A stretch of 63,823 nucleotides of DNA, filler included, from Choristocarpus tenellus KU-1152 (lineage: Eukaryota; Protista; Phaeophyceae): NCBI GenBank assembly GCA_964200185.2. It is 16 parts of 16 records of this genome, joined end to end, with 100 filler letters (N's around TTAATTAATTAA, not from the genome) between each part and the next. Parts side by side here need not be neighbours in the genome. Positions count along the whole stretch, not along the records: positions 10,722 to 14,085 come from CAXNAD020020521.1; positions 14,186 to 16,815 come from CAXNAD020026129.1; positions 16,916 to 20,487 come from CAXNAD020019180.1; positions 20,588 to 23,150 come from CAXNAD020026751.1; positions 23,251 to 29,111 come from CAXNAD020009567.1; 11 more parts are not named here. One strand, 5' to 3'. The position numbers and the translations under genes are program-made. Below the pieces are notes generated by a model. The model did no database searches and was not told where the DNA came from. It worked only from the letters and a program-made list of their open reading frames with translations. Positions 11,901-25,525 of the stretch are shown here, piece by piece (positions within the stretch are counted from its first letter, which is position 1; each line of letters opens with the position of its first letter).

Positions 11901-14028
11901 GACGAGCAGTGGTGGGAATTGCTGAAACCCAACGCCCTAGAAAAGAGCAAGGCATTCACTGGGCAGCACAATTAGTCGTAGTACAACAGGTTTGTTTGTA
12001 GTTAGCTTTGTTTGTAGTTTTGAAGCGAGAGGTCGAGCTGTGTGTAGCACCTCTGATTGTTGATCGAGCTTGGTTGCTAGCTCGTCCTGCACTGAGGCGA
12101 TGATAATAATAATAATTAAGTGTAGTAGTAGTGGTAACAATAAGAACAAGAACAGGAATAACAATTGTAACGGCGACACTAATAGTAGCAGTAAATAAAA
12201 TTATGCTAAATAATAGAAACATATAATAGTAAAAAAAATAAAAATAATGCCTGTTCTGACCCTCCTTGAAGAACACAAACATCCAGTCCAAAAAAAGCAA
12301 GAACAAAAATGGAATGAACAAATTCAGATCGAGTCAGACATCTTAGACAGATACATTAGACCCACATCAGTAGCAGCATTTACTTCTGTCACACTACCGT
12401 GTGTATCCAATCAAGCATCTCAATCGGACGTCACGCAGGGCCGCAAACAGTATTCCAAGCAGCAAAATTTAATTCCGCCCGTGCAACAAGCGCAGAGTTC
12501 CACTTTATTTTTTTTTATCACACAGTGAGGTCAACACACTCTTATCTTAAAAAAAAAAAAAAAAAAAAAAGTAACCTACAACAAACAAAATAATAAAAAA
12601 AATTCCATTTTACTTATTTGTATAGAAAAACANNNNNNNNNNTCAAACAAGCTCAATTTTCACTTTTTTTTTTTTTAAACAAAAATTAAGTAAAAACAAC
12701 CATAAAAAAAAAAAAAAAAAAAAAAAAAAGTGTATCTTACTACAATCATAGTAGTATAAATATTGCCATGTAACTTGTGTGTATTGGAACAGCCACGCTC
12801 ATTTCGCATGTATCGCACGCCACAGTATCATGTGAATCAAGGGAATCGGAAGATACATGCCAAGCAAGAGCCCCAGTCGCACATCGCCAAAGATACACAC
12901 CTCCTGTTCACGAACACCAATCCCTCAAAACCCTTACATAAACTGTCTTAACCTTGGGCAATATATTAATACCCCAAATTACATCGTTTGAGGTGTAGAT
13001 ATCTGATCTGTATCTACATCTATATATATATAATGTCAACCTGATGCAAATCCTTAAGGTGTAGCCCTAAAAACAAAACGCAACAATATAACCAACTCAG
13101 CTCTACTACAAACTGAGAAAACAAAAAAAAAATTGTTCAGTGTATTTTTTTTTATCTTCTTCGAGCGGCAGCGGCAGCACAGCACAGGACTCTGCTCACC
13201 ACAATGCTTCCGCTGCAAAAAAATGAGTACAGATCTCTACCCACAGGGCTATGACTCTCACCACCCCACGCACACACACAGACAAGGTATGGAAAGTCTT
13301 GGGCCTTTGTCGTGCATTCCATATCCTACCCAATGAACCATAAGCAACAAACATTCCGACACCTGTTGCTTTCACTGTACACGTTTCATTTCCTACGAGC
13401 ACCTCCCCTCCTCTAACGTCCTCTACTCAAGAATATCGGTGGGCATGCAAAAAAGTACACACATGTATATATATATATAATTATTTACTTTTTTAAACAC
13501 ACACACACACATACACACACCAAAATATCAAAATACTCACAAAAATTATCAATAGTTATCCAAAAACAATACCGAGTCCCTCATCGCAACCCCTCTCAAA
13601 CCTACATATTCTTCAGCCTTTCTTGAGCAAAATTGCTTAAACATGGCCCACAGTCCATCTCAGACATAGGACATGGCCATAGTACATCGGAGAATGAATG
13701 TAAAAAAGAGCACAAAAATGAGGAAAGTCGAAATTTTCACACCTCCACTGATGCTCCTCACCAAACAAGCAGGCCCTTACCTTCAAAAAAAAAAAAACAC
13801 ACACACACACACGTCGGCTGAAGTAACAAATTGGTTAATACTCAAGCCGAATCACCTTAGACTCATGAGTTACTGCAATTCATAACACCACCTAACCCAC
13901 ACTAAAGAAACAATATTAACAACAGTGTAGTAGAATCTGCGCCTCGGCAAAAAAAAAAAGTCGCTGCAGTCTGTACCTCTAATTGTCGCAATCACTCAAA
14001 CAAGCACAACACACACCAGTGCCGTAAT

Positions 14029-14059
<31 letters not shown>

Positions 14060-14779
14060 GAAGGAGAAAAAAAAAGCAGGCCTGCNNNNNNNNNNNNNNN
14101 NNNNNNNNNNNNNNNNNNNNNNNNNNNNNTTAATTAATTAANNNNNNNNNNNNNNNNNNNNNNNNNNNNNNNNNNNNNNNNNNNNTTGCACTTCCCCCCC
14201 CTCCCCTTCCCTCCGTCTGACCTCATGTGAGATATGTAGCACTACAGAGCGCTACAAATATATTTTTCCCTTAAGAATTTCAACGTACGACCACATAGCA
14301 AACAAAGCAATCAGCGGAGTGCTTAAGAACGAAAAGGGCTCACCTTGCTATGGAGCCGAACAGATAATTTACTCTTTCAACGGTAGTAATACAAACAAAC
14401 GTGTATAGGCACTCTTTCCGTCCCACACAGTATTCATAAAACCCTCATATCAAATGTCACAATAACCATATGATGGGCAATCTAGGACTAGCAATCAACC
14501 TTGGCTTGCGGCCACTGTCTTGCGAGCACCACATCCTGCTTGCACTCAGCAATTCAGACGCGCGGTAAACCCCCAAGGTACAAGGTCACAGCAATTTGAA
14601 GGAGGGCACATCCTTCACAACTCGTTTGAAGAATACCTCTCCCCCCATGCCTTGTCCGGAGATTGCCAAAGCCATCCGCTGAGGGTCACATCCGTACTGA
14701 TAGTAGTTGTGGCCTTTGTCTTAGGGAAGAGATATTTTATTTACTCTAACATCTGCACCTTCCCTTGGATGCGGGGACC

Positions 14780-15260
14780 ACCTTGAACTGTGATCGGAGG
14801 CACAACACAAACACTGAACTACAGCTCAAACTGTGTGCATGCACCCGAATGGACGATGGAGAATGTATGGTTTGGTTTGAGGTCGGTCAAGGTCTTCGGC
14901 ATAGCAGTGTTGTTGCCCCCATCATCTTCAGTGTTTCCTTCTCTGCAGCACAAACTATAGCTATTAACCAGTTCAACTCTGACCCGATCAACTTCAACGA
15001 ACCAGCTATCGTCAAGGGAGCTGCAACAAACAACTCGGTCAGAGGAGGAGTATCAGGAAATATATGCTGTCATTTAAGTAGTACCTGAGGGGTATGATCT
15101 ATACTGACGATATGGGCATTGTGTCTAACACCCATGGAGATTTTTGGATTGACTATGTTAGAGTTGGAAGATGAAAACAGCTGGTCTTCAATATCCGAAT
15201 ATGGCTGCAGACATACTGGAGATCCAGGCTTTGGACCAGAGGTACAGGTGAAGTTGAGAG
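14780..15260 (+). mobile_element. RTE-like LINE reverse transcriptase relic
   Basis: RMDDGECMVWFEVGQGLRHSSVVAPIIF (GLRQG-type motif) and GMIYTDDMGIVS (YxDD at 15100-15111) in a shifted frame. Confidence 0.8.
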
Positions 15261-16745
15261 GTGTGATGATAAACATTTTACCCTGAACAGTAAAATTATT
15301 AAAAAAATACTGTCAACACTTCTTAGTTGTAGCGTTACAAATAAACCAACACGCAAATAATTAAAAACCACGCTTACAAATTTCCGTTCCCCCCCAAAAT
15401 CACAAGTACGAGCATAACAAGATTCTCTCTTTTTCGTTCCAAATTATACGTGGCTGATTCGTTTTCTAATTTTGAATTTGATATCACAAATCATTGGTTT
15501 CCCCCATGACACATCTGTAAAATGTCAGAGGGCATAAAAAAAATAAATGGAAAAATGAAAAAATATTTGTATCGCAGAGCAAGTACCTACACATCAGTAC
15601 AATGGTTGTGTCACATCCAACTTGTTGAAATGCTGGATTTTCTCATTTTGGTAGGAATGCAATGTAATATTATTATGCCATTTTGAAGACGGGTCAGGGA
15701 AAAAATCAAGTGAGCATTACAAGGACCCCTCCAAAAGTAACAGTTGTCGTAAATGTGAAAGATATCTTTCTAAAACATTATATTATTTGACTACCAGCTA
15801 TACTACACCATTCCCATATAAGCTCGTAATTACAATGATATGTGTACATTGTGCTATGCCTCCGACCTACCTTAGCCCTACACAACTGGACGAGGAGCTA
15901 GGGAAACATCCTTAGAATTTGAAAGGCCCCTCATTACCTATCTGCCTGGTGTCTCCAGCTTGAAACGCGTAACACGTCTCTAGAAAGTCATTTGTGAAGT
16001 GACAGATACTATCTGTCGTAGGCAAGATTTGACAGCCTCTTTCCTGCTATAACCATCCTCCCCTCTCCCCCCAATGCAAGTGTAGCCAATACCCTACAGA
16101 GGATAGAGGTATATATACAAAATTTAAACAAAAACTTGTTACGAGAAGCTCTAATAATAAAGTGTTTCGCACTGCATACCAAGGTAGTAAATAGAGAATT
16201 GATGGGAGTTTGTAGAATGTATGACTGAAAAAGAAACCTATGATTGCATTAAGTAGTGAGTATAAAATGTCATCGATACATACATATATTGCCGGAATAA
16301 CTTGCAACATCATACCGATCAGCCCATCCCCCCATATCTGCTTTGCATCAATCTCTGACTTGTCATCAAAATCGGGATACTGCTAATTTTTGGCTCTAAA
16401 CTTTCACGCCGCACATGACGCAGAAGTTCATTCATGACTTGTCTTGATAAATCAGGACAAACATACCATTAAGTAGGTCAAGAACAAACAACAATTTTCA
16501 ACAGATATTTTCTGCGGTAATAGCTCTATGGTGCACACGAGACGAGAAAATTTGGCATTTTAACAAGTGGGATACATGGCAACCAATTTACAAATGTGTA
16601 TGACATGGAAACCGGTCCAGAACACTTAAGCTGGTCGGGTGGGTTAAGGTTGGTTAGTCCTGTGCAGATAGGTAGCATAAAGGACATTTGCCACTCCCTC
16701 ACCTACAAGAAAAAAGCAATCCTGTGTAAGTCCAGCCAAGACACC

Positions 16746-16815
16746 GGTTGAAAGTATCTGGGAGGAGGTGGCGGCTGTCCATTTGGGGTCAATTTTTTCA
16801 TGTCGCGATTTTTGG
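16746..16815 (-). mobile_element. MITE family B fragment at contig end. Other B/B-variant ends at contig edges: 20454-20487, 36643-36668, 49101-49151, ~51690-51776, 54832-54856, 57610-57640, 60256-60328
   Basis: AAAGTATCTGGG/CCCAGATACTTT termini with G/C runs abutting the N spacers. Confidence 0.85.
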
Positions 16816-16915
16816 NNNNNNNNNNNNNNNNNNNNNNNNNNNNNNNNNNNNNNNNNNNNTTAATTAATTAANNNNNNNNNNNNNNNNNNNNNNNNNNNNN
16901 NNNNNNNNNNNNNNN

Positions 16916-17290
16916 AGACTTCCTAACTAAGAGCCACATCAAGGTGTCGGAACAAGGGCGTTATGAGAGGCGTTTCGTTCTGGGCCTCGACGAGAACATC
17001 CTTTCCGAGGTCAAAGAGTGGGTGCGCGAACAGATAGGAAGAAAGGATGGGGAGGCTTTCTAAGCTCTATACTTCAATGAAGTAATGGTGCATCTGTTGC
17101 CACTCTTGGTGACCTACAATCCAGGGTTCAAACCCCAATACGAACTCTTTCTTCAACAAATGAAAAAGATGGCGAAAAAACACAAAGCCCGTGCTCTGGA
17201 GGGTCTTGTGACGGGCATCACGAAGATGCTTCATTTTTTTTAAATCCGATATCTACATCAAAAGTTCTGACAGGGCAACCCCAGAGGGCC
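16916..17290 (+). pseudogene. Second fragment of the same putative transposase
   Basis: DFLTKSHIKVSEQGRYERRFVLGLDENILSEVKEWVREQIG..., with an in-frame stop. Confidence 0.5.
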
Positions 17291-17539
17291 AAGCTACTGG
17301 TACCACTGTAAGACTAGGAAGAGGATGTAGGTGTACACACTATTAATAGCATCCAACAAAAGAGTTTGGGTCGCGTTAGGCCCACCCAATCCGAATACAC
17401 CAGTCATCCCACACCGTACAACAAAAGACACAAAACGAAAGAGAAAATAAATACACCAGAATAAAATATCAAAAAACAGAAAATACAATGAGAAAGCTGC
17501 ATGCAGCGGATAGTTGTTTTGGTTGCTTTGGCTGGCTTA

Positions 17540-18360
17540 GCTGCCGCTTCAGCATGACATGCATCAGCTATCACAGCGTCCTTGTAATAATGATTCTTCC
17601 ATGCCCTTCCTTGTGCCACCAACCACACGCACAAACACTCTTTCATATCATCTAATTGTGTTGGTTGGTTGCCGTTGTGAACACTGCTCCATCTTTCAAC
17701 TGTGACAGCTAACTTCTTGAGGCCGTCTTTCATGCACATCAATCCACCATTTGCTTCTCCTGTCCACCATGTGTCCGTTTTCTATCTACAAGCTCCCCAA
17801 ATATCGACATATTTCGAAGTCACCCATCCCTCATGTTTGCAACTAACCCTGCAAATAGGTGTCCCCGTTTGCACATAGTTGCCTTGATACTCTCACACCT
17901 AGTCCTCACAGAGGAAGGATATCTTTTGTTGTAGGACGGTGTGTGAATTATGTGTTCCCATTTGCGAAATCTGATCCAGCGTAGTAGAAGGAATTTATTA
18001 TGATGGGAGATACAGTGGGCCTGGCAAAGTGTCCACGTTATCATACAGTCTCGAGTATTTCATTCAACCATGAGCCCTATGGATCTTAAGACTCAGTCAA
18101 GTGATACACCTCGACCTGAGATCTTTCCATAGAGCGATTGGGTAATATATTTGTGGAAACAACTCCAAGGTTTTACCTCCACCAGAACTCGTCAGTGACA
18201 GTTTTATCACTGATGGTGCCTCCAACGTAGACAAACATACTTCTCATTCTACTTGCAGTCCTGGCCTAAGGTGTCCAATCTGGAAGATATCTGCAGCCAT
18301 ATTTGAGTGCTGATACCCCACCAGGCACATACCCTGAATTATTGTTGCCCCCTTCATATA
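17540..18360 (-). mobile_element. RTE-like LINE ORF2 C-terminal relic
   Basis: FVYVGGTI, HHNKFLLLRWI, RTRCESIKATMCKRGHLFAGLVANM, IFGEL, as in the RTE post-RT region. Confidence 0.75.
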
Positions 18361-19065
18361 GGAGTCTTTAGCAACTAGGTGTAGAATAGAAGATCCTATG
18401 GATGGAGGTGTTGGAACAAGGGATGTTCACCAGTATTCCATTCATTATATTATATATTGTAGTATATACTTCCTCCGTTCGGAGTAAAATCTATCATTAC
18501 TTTTTCAAGTCCGTTCTTGCCCACGAATGACCCACACGATAAACCCTCTGGACGAGGCTCAGTTCTCGAAAAGATTGGGAGGCGTATAAAGTTTGAGACT
18601 GTGAGCTGTTATGACTGTGGAGGATCTCCAGTGCAAATTTGGCCAAGTCGCATTTGACAGGGTTCACAACCTCGTAAAACTCTCAATGCTGGTGTTTGTT
18701 GGGATGCCTAGGATGAAGGCCCCACATCACTCGAGCGGTTCGCCAATCCCGTCTTCGCCCATTGATCCCAATTCTTCGATTCTATAGTCTGTGTGGGATC
18801 AAGAGTCAACACCCTGACAAAGAACAGTGTGGTGGCGTGATGCCTAGAGGCAGAGAGTGTGAGCCTCGGGGGATGGCGGCAGCCATCGTGAAAGACACTT
18901 CGGAATTTCCCAAATAACTGTTTTTTACCATCTCAAGGAGTATGGCAGCCTGATCGCACGGGGTGAATTCATAGACCTTGTAAATATCACAAGGGGCGAT
19001 GTGGCCAGCGTCAGCCAATTCTGGAGTCTCCCTTGCCTCATTGTGGGATCTGTGCAAGCATGAGA

Positions 19066-19324
19066 GAGGGAAAGTATCTTAGAGGGTACAAGTTTTGCCC
19101 TGTTTGTCCATTTGGGGTTTGGCTTCCCATGGGTTCTTTTATGACGTTTTTCTACTCCGAAAATGTTTTGGAGTAGGAAAGTGAGTACGTTATGAAAAGA
19201 TGTAATCGGAACGAGGATATTGACAATTCCTAACAAACATGATAGCCAAAATTACATCAAAATCACAACATTGGATTTTGACCCCCAAATGGACGCGGCC
19301 CTACCCTCTAAGATACTTTGGCTC
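19066..19324 (-). mobile_element. MITE family A (TSD AGA) inside the mariner
   Basis: TIRs at both ends and AGA duplication. Confidence 0.95.
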
Positions 19325-19771
19325 AGAAGGTGAAGGTCAAGCAGTGGATCAAGCTAGTTCTCTCTCACAGTAGCAGAAAGTCAACAGGTTGGTTCTTCAT
19401 CAGTCACACACACAGGAAGGGGGGAAGTGAGATATTTGTGGACGATCTATATGACTGGGTGCATGTAGACGAGAAGTGGTTTTACATCCTCAAAGATGGG
19501 CCAGGTATGCACCTGCACCCCACTAAGGATCCTCCAAACCTTCCACGAGCACAGAATAAGCAATACACTACGAAGGTGATGTTTCTTGCAGCTGTGGTCT
19601 GCCCTAGCAAGCTCTCCAATGGGGTGTGGTTCAAAGGAAAATCGGGATGTGACCAATCATGGACACCAAGGTCGCTCAGCTCTCCAGCAAACACCGCCCT
19701 AAGGGCACCAAGGTGCTTGTGCCAGCCACGGTGGATTGGGAAAGGTAGAAGCTCATGATTGAGGATGCAAT

Positions 19772-20027
19772 GAGTGAAAGTATCTCAGAGCGTATGAGTT
19801 TTGCCCTGTTTGTCTGTTTGGAACTTGGCTTTCCACGGGTTTTTTATGACATTTTTCCTACTCCGAAATGTTTCAGAGTAGGCAAAATGTATACATTATG
19901 AAAAGGTGCGTCCGACAAGGATACTGACATTTCCTAACAAACACGATAGCAAAATTACATCCAAATCAGAACATTGGATCTTTACCCTCAAACGGACGCG
20001 GCTCTACCCTCTAAGATACTTTGAATC
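19772..20027 (-). mobile_element. MITE family A (TSD AAT) inside the mariner transposase
   Basis: TIRs at both ends; the corresponding empty site is visible in the second mariner copy near 45340. Confidence 0.95.
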
Positions 20028-20739
20028 AATCCTGGCAATCAAGGTCCACATGCCTAGACTGGAAAGACACTCCACCTTCGTGCAGCAAAACGGACCAAAG
20101 CCACACAGCGGGAGGATGATGGAGGCAATAGAGGGCGGTGGTGGACGACAATATCGTAGAGACCCCGCAAGGCAACTCACCTGACCTCAATGTTATCGAC
20201 CTGGGATTGACTCATTCCATCCAGCAACTGAAGGAAGACATGGGGCTAACCACCACAGAGGAGCTGGTGGTGGTCACAATGGAGGTGTTCAATGTGTACC
20301 CCTCGGAGATGCTAGAGCGTGTCTGGTAGACCCTCTTCATAGTCTACGGTGAAGTTCTGGGGTCCAAGGGTGACAGCATCTTACCCATCTTAGCAAGGAA
20401 AACGCCGACAAGGCAGACAAGCTTCCCCTGAATGCCTTGGTGGGTGCGGCAAGAGTCTCAAAGTGTCTGGGGGGGTGGGGGGGGCGGNNNNNNNNNNNNN
20501 NNNNNNNNNNNNNNNNNNNNNNNNNNNNNNNTTAATTAATTAANNNNNNNNNNNNNNNNNNNNNNNNNNNNNNNNNNNNNNNNNNNNAACACTTTAACAG
20601 CATGCCCCACCTAAATTTAATCAATCACTCTACAGACACCAAGCAATCTCGCCGGGTTTATCACCTTTATCCTCTTTGATGATTTGAGGAGATAATTTAA
20701 CACAATGTATTGAATCTTTTGTTTCTAACCCATCATTTC

Positions 20740-23150
20740 ATGATGTCTACACGAGGAGATATGATTCAAGAATTGCGGGAACCTGTTCCTTCCGAGGGCC
20801 CATCTGTCCAAGAATTCAGACCACTTATGGCGACGGTAGCGCAGTTGTCAAGAAACGTTGGCAATTTCATGGTTCAGTCTGAAAGAGTCGGCGACGGAGA
20901 TCATCCCGTCGTCCAGGCCGCTGTGCCCAGCACACGGCCTCCGGCTGGGGGCGTACCAGTCGAATTGGATCCTATGGAACCCATGTTGAGGGAAAATTTC
21001 CCAGAGAGGGGAAACAGTTTGGATGCTGCGAGCATCAGAAGTGGAGCAAGCCGGAGGTCCGGTTCTTCGGAGAGCTTGGGGACAGGTGCATATATTGTTC
21101 GCCCTACGACAAAGAGGTCGAGAACCCCACAACCGAAACTATTGGACGACTCGGACTACCGCGACTGGCGGAGGCGTTTCATCGTGCATTGCCGAAATAC
21201 TCACTGTTTGGATACGTTGACAAGTGAAAGACCAGTCAATCAAGAACGCTCCTACGAGGAACTTCTCTCGGACGGCTTCAGTACGGATGATATCTGGATG
21301 GCCGAAGAGGCCTACCATGCACTTACTGTAGCTCTCGTCGCACCCACCACCAGGGCACTGTGCTATACGCACCAAAGCCCGAGCGAGCTTTTCCGAGCAA
21401 TAGATGATTGGCTCATGCCTAGTACAGTGGGTAATAGTCAATATTTGTTCCGTGAGTTTTTCACTGCAAAGGTGGAGAAGGAATCGAATCCGATCCTGAC
21501 CTTAAACCACCTGGAAGAGCTTCGGGAGAGGATGCTATCAATGGATCTGGTCATCTCGGACAAGCTGCTGCTCCTACAGTTCCTGAGTGCTCTCGGATCA
21601 GATTACGATACCGAGATACGCATGATGGCCTCGCAGAGAACACTATGTCGAGCAGATGTACAGAAAACTGCTAGAGAGCGATATGCTTCCCTTCATCAGG
21701 GCAAGCACTCAACAAAAAAGAATAGCCATGCTTTGGTTGTTAACAGCTCATCGCGAGGGAAGAGTCAGTCTTATCGCAACGGCCAAGGTCGCGGGGTCGA
21801 ACGTAAATTTACTAGTGGAAGAAAGAAAAATACTTCTAATTCCAACCCAAAACGTTCCGAGAAGATTCTTTGTGAGGGATGCGGTAAGCATGGACATGAG
21901 AAGCCAGCTTGCCCAAACCGCATTTGCACCAAATGTGGTGGACGTGCCCATGATACAACAACATGCACTTCAGTGTTCTTGACTACGGTGCAGTCTGAGA
22001 AGGAAGAGATCAAGACCGAGGCGAATCCTTCCCACATTAATGTGGAAAGTACCACCAGCTGCGGCGACCAGGAGCGATATGCACTACTGGTCGCCACTGG
22101 GGACTCTCCGAGCAGCAATGCTCCAGGCAAGTGTGGGGCAAACGAATGTTTGGTGTCAAGTGTTGGGGTTGGCCGCGAGAGGGAAGAATGGATTTTGGAC
22201 AGTGCGGCTTCATGTCACATAACAAATATGATAACTCACATGACCAATTACAAGCCTTGCATTGGAAATGAAAGGGTAGTCACTGCCAGTCAAAATTCCT
22301 TTTGCATCGCTGGTCATGGTGATCTAACCACCTTGTTTCCGTCACGTGACAACAAGGAGGTAGAAATACTCCTTCAAAATATCGTCCATGTCCCTGATCT
22401 TGGATTCAACCTTTTCTCTTGCCAAGCAGCAGCCGACAAGGGTGCAAAAGGCATTTTCACAGCCAGCATATTCTCGCTATTAGATGGAGTACTTAACTTC
22501 ACAAGAGATCCTGGTTGCCACTACACCCTCCATGGTTAACGCATATTGCCGCGACTAGATCGAAATGCTGAAGTTGCTTTAAAGGCCACTATAGCCCCCT
22601 CGCTTGCACCCCACACTCCCCACGGAGATCGATATTAACCTCTTCCACCGCTCTTATGGCCACACACACGAGGCATTGCTCAAGTCCACCGCCACTTCAA
22701 TGGGCATTGCATTGGTGGGTAAGCTGGAGCCATGTGGGGGCTGCTCTATGAGCAAGGGCATATGGAAGGGAGTGAAAGTATTTTAGAGGATAGAGCCGCG
22801 TCCATTTGGGGATCAAAATACAATGTTGAAATTTGGATGTAATTTTGGCTATCATGTTTGTTAGGAAGTGTCAATATCTATGTTTCGGACACACCTTTCA
22901 TAACGTACACATTTTACCTACCCAAAAACATTTTGGAGTAGGTAAAATGTCAAAAAAAACCCATGGGAAGCAAAGGTCCAAATGGACAAACAGGGAAAAT
23001 CTCGTACCCTCTAAGAAACTTTCACTCAGGGCGTTTGGTCCAGCACGTCTACAAGGGCGGTAAGAAAGCTGGATCGTTTTTTTTTCGACTTAATTGGGAA
23101 GAGGGCTACCGTTTCAATTGGTGGTAAGCAATACACCATGATAATCCGGG
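20740..23150 (+). mobile_element. Ty1/Copia gag-pol (gag, two CCHC knuckles, protease, GAG-pre-integrase, start of integrase), disrupted and truncated
   Basis: Motifs CEGCGKHGHEKPAC, CTKCGGRAHDTTTC, WILDSAASCH, HVPDLGFNLFS and HRSYGH...CGGC. There is a premature TAA at 22537 and a MITE at 22770-23027. Removing the MITE plus one TSD restores KGIWKGVWSSTSTRAVRKLDRFFFDLIGKRATVSIGGKQYTMIIR. Confidence 0.93.
22770..23027 (+). mobile_element. MITE family A (TSD AGG) inside Copia pol
   Basis: TIRs at both ends; excision with one AGG restores the reading frame. Confidence 0.95.
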
Positions 23151-25256
23151 NNNNNNNNNNNNNNNNNNNNNNNNNNNNNNNNNNNNNNNNNNNNTTAATT
23201 AATTAANNNNNNNNNNNNNNNNNNNNNNNNNNNNNNNNNNNNNNNNNNNNCACTAGGTGGGGCTCACCAGTCCTTACACTTAATGACTCAGAATACCAAA
23301 TGACTCAACGTATCTCTAGTACACGTCAGAAACACTCCGACTCTAATAGTCCGCCGATTACTTCTGGTCAAATACCCCGCCTAAATATCCCAAATGTTCC
23401 GCATTATCTTCTGCGCGTACATAAAATAATACTTCAGATCATATTCTCACAAATGGTCAAGCATAATCTTGACACAAAATGTGATTGTAAAGTGTTTACT
23501 CACCTCGTATCACCGTTCTTGTGTATCGTCTGTTTGTACAAGATACAAGAGACCTCAAACCAATATATCGGCCTCAAATAGCTCTCAACTCGTACTCAGG
23601 TTGACTTGCTGGCCCCATGCCCTTCAGACCTTGAATATGAGCTTGACGACGGGGTGCCGACCACATACTGCCAACCTCACTTGTATTTAGGCTGACTGAT
23701 GTAATGATCCCTTACACCCAGACCCCCATAAAGCTTGATTGATATGCTTCCCACATGCCATTAACTCTTGTATGATGATATCCTGATCAAATAATCATTA
23801 ATATAATGCCACGATTTTATACTTCGAAACGTTACACTTCATTTTGTAATAATGAAGTCGCCTGATATAATGGTGCAGCGTACCAAAAATCACACCTGTT
23901 TCCCATTTTGCTTAGAGAGCTCACCTTTTGGTTGACCTCGAATCAAACTTACATGGCTTCGATGCCAATCAGAAGGAGGGGTAATGTGGAAAAGAAGATT
24001 GTCTATTATCATACGGTTATTTTGCCGTAGGCCATATACCGTTGTACCATTTAAGGTTCCTTGTCAGGAATCCTTGATTCCAGTGGATAATATTCCTTCA
24101 GATTGAACTTGGAATCTCTTCAGGAGACCAGTCCCACAGGTAGTCGGGTTCTATTCATTCTGATGATCCACATTCTCATGTTATCTTCACCGCTCTGCAG
24201 TCTTCCTTTTGTCCAACCTTAACTTCGTCCTCTCGACTACGATTCCTCTTGGTCCGTCTGGTCCGTCTTGACCGGTGATTCTCTTCACCACCCTCTTGCT
24301 TGAGTGAACCATGCCACCACAGAATCACACGATGCAAGCCAGGCATTCTTAATTTACTAGTTCTGGATGGTGTGATTATAATACTATGCATTTTATCTTG
24401 CACTCTTTTCTCTGTAGGTCTCTGGATTTCGAAATTAAGTCTAGCATCACACTTAGTCATGCTACTCCAGATGATGCCTCACAAGATATGTAGAATAATC
24501 TGTGGAAAACAATAGACTCATTTCCACCAGCAAAACATACAACCCACTTCTTCCTTTGCTCCTTGTATTGTTATGTGTTGGACCTCAAGAAACTACCAGA
24601 TTGAACTTCTGTAAACCCTTACCAAAGATTGTCATGTAAGAAAAGGGGAGGTTGAAAATGTTGAGAAGTAGAGACAGGTTCACGAAGGGATATGATGCTC
24701 AAGTCATAAGGATATAATATTGGTCGGTATCATCTTTGTTGTAATGTTGTATGGTACGTAAAGACTTTCTCGTTCCGTATCCACGTTACATGTTAGTACT
24801 GGTGAAGCAGCAAGAAATGCTTCACGCTAAGGGAGAAGTTACAGAGTGCAATTCACATTGGGCGTTTTCATATAAACGTTTGTATGAATGTGGTGCACGA
24901 GATATACCGCATAATATGATCAATTGTTTGTGTTACACATTATAACAATTTTGTCTATATATTATTTTTATAGCATACAGGCCCCCACCTTTTTAGCTTG
25001 ACTGTCCATCTCTGTCGAAGGTTTCGAACTAACCGATTATTCACAGTTATGGTCCAAACACGAGGCTAGTCGCGAAGCCATCTTCTCCTTCTTCTCTATC
25101 ACATCTCTCTTAAGGCCAACACCACCAACATCCGGGGTAAAGGACCTGCTAGACCTCCGTCTGAAACAATCAACCAATTTCTTTGGAAGGAGTTTGCACA
25201 AGTGGATCACCTGCAAATATTTGACGCGAAGAGAAAGAAGAAGGACAGGCAGTGAC

Positions 25257-25332
25257 GTCAATCTACAAGGTATACTTTTACGGATGATTTTGTTGTCAAT
25301 CTACAAGGTATACTTTTACGGATGATTTTGTT
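25257..25332. repeat. Perfect 38-bp tandem duplication
   Basis: GTCAATCTACAAGGTATACTTTTACGGATGATTTTGTT x2. Confidence 0.95.
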
Positions 25333-25525
25333 GCTTCACAATGAGTGGATTTTTCCATTGGCAGAATCAATGCCATTGTGAGTTCCTAAATAGTCTGTGA
25401 AATCCCACCCATATTTCCATCTTGACTCCCTTACAAGTTGGAAGGAGACCCTTGTCAACAAAGTGACAAACTTACCCCATCACCACGTGTCCTTATCCTC
25501 AGGTACAAGTACAAGTATACCTCCT

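Larger units (their letters stand above)
18469..20450 (+). mobile_element. Degenerate DD39D-type (plant/oomycete-like, Stowaway-related) mariner transposon carrying two nested MITEs
   Basis: A left TIR-like TA|CTTCCTCCGTTC at 18469 resembles the Stowaway CTCCCTCCGT terminus. Transposase motifs VHVDEKWFY, KVMFLAAV, WFKGK, FVQQNG and QGNSPDLNVIDLG are spread across frameshifts. Confidence 0.85.

Noticed and set aside
11720-12321. Leu/Ile/Phe-rich 'membrane protein' ORFs
   Set aside because: They are translations of (GAG)n and AT-rich microsatellites. The same applies to 30610-31313, 47554-47769 and 57232-57561.
20848-22225. Antisense/overlapping ORFs within Copia, SRR and the 5098-5559 region
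   Set aside because: These are shadow ORFs of real or relic coding strands with no independent motifs.
23251-25000. Continuation of the Copia element after the gap
   Set aside because: It is a different contig, and the sequence is far more decayed and not collinear with the expected integrase core.
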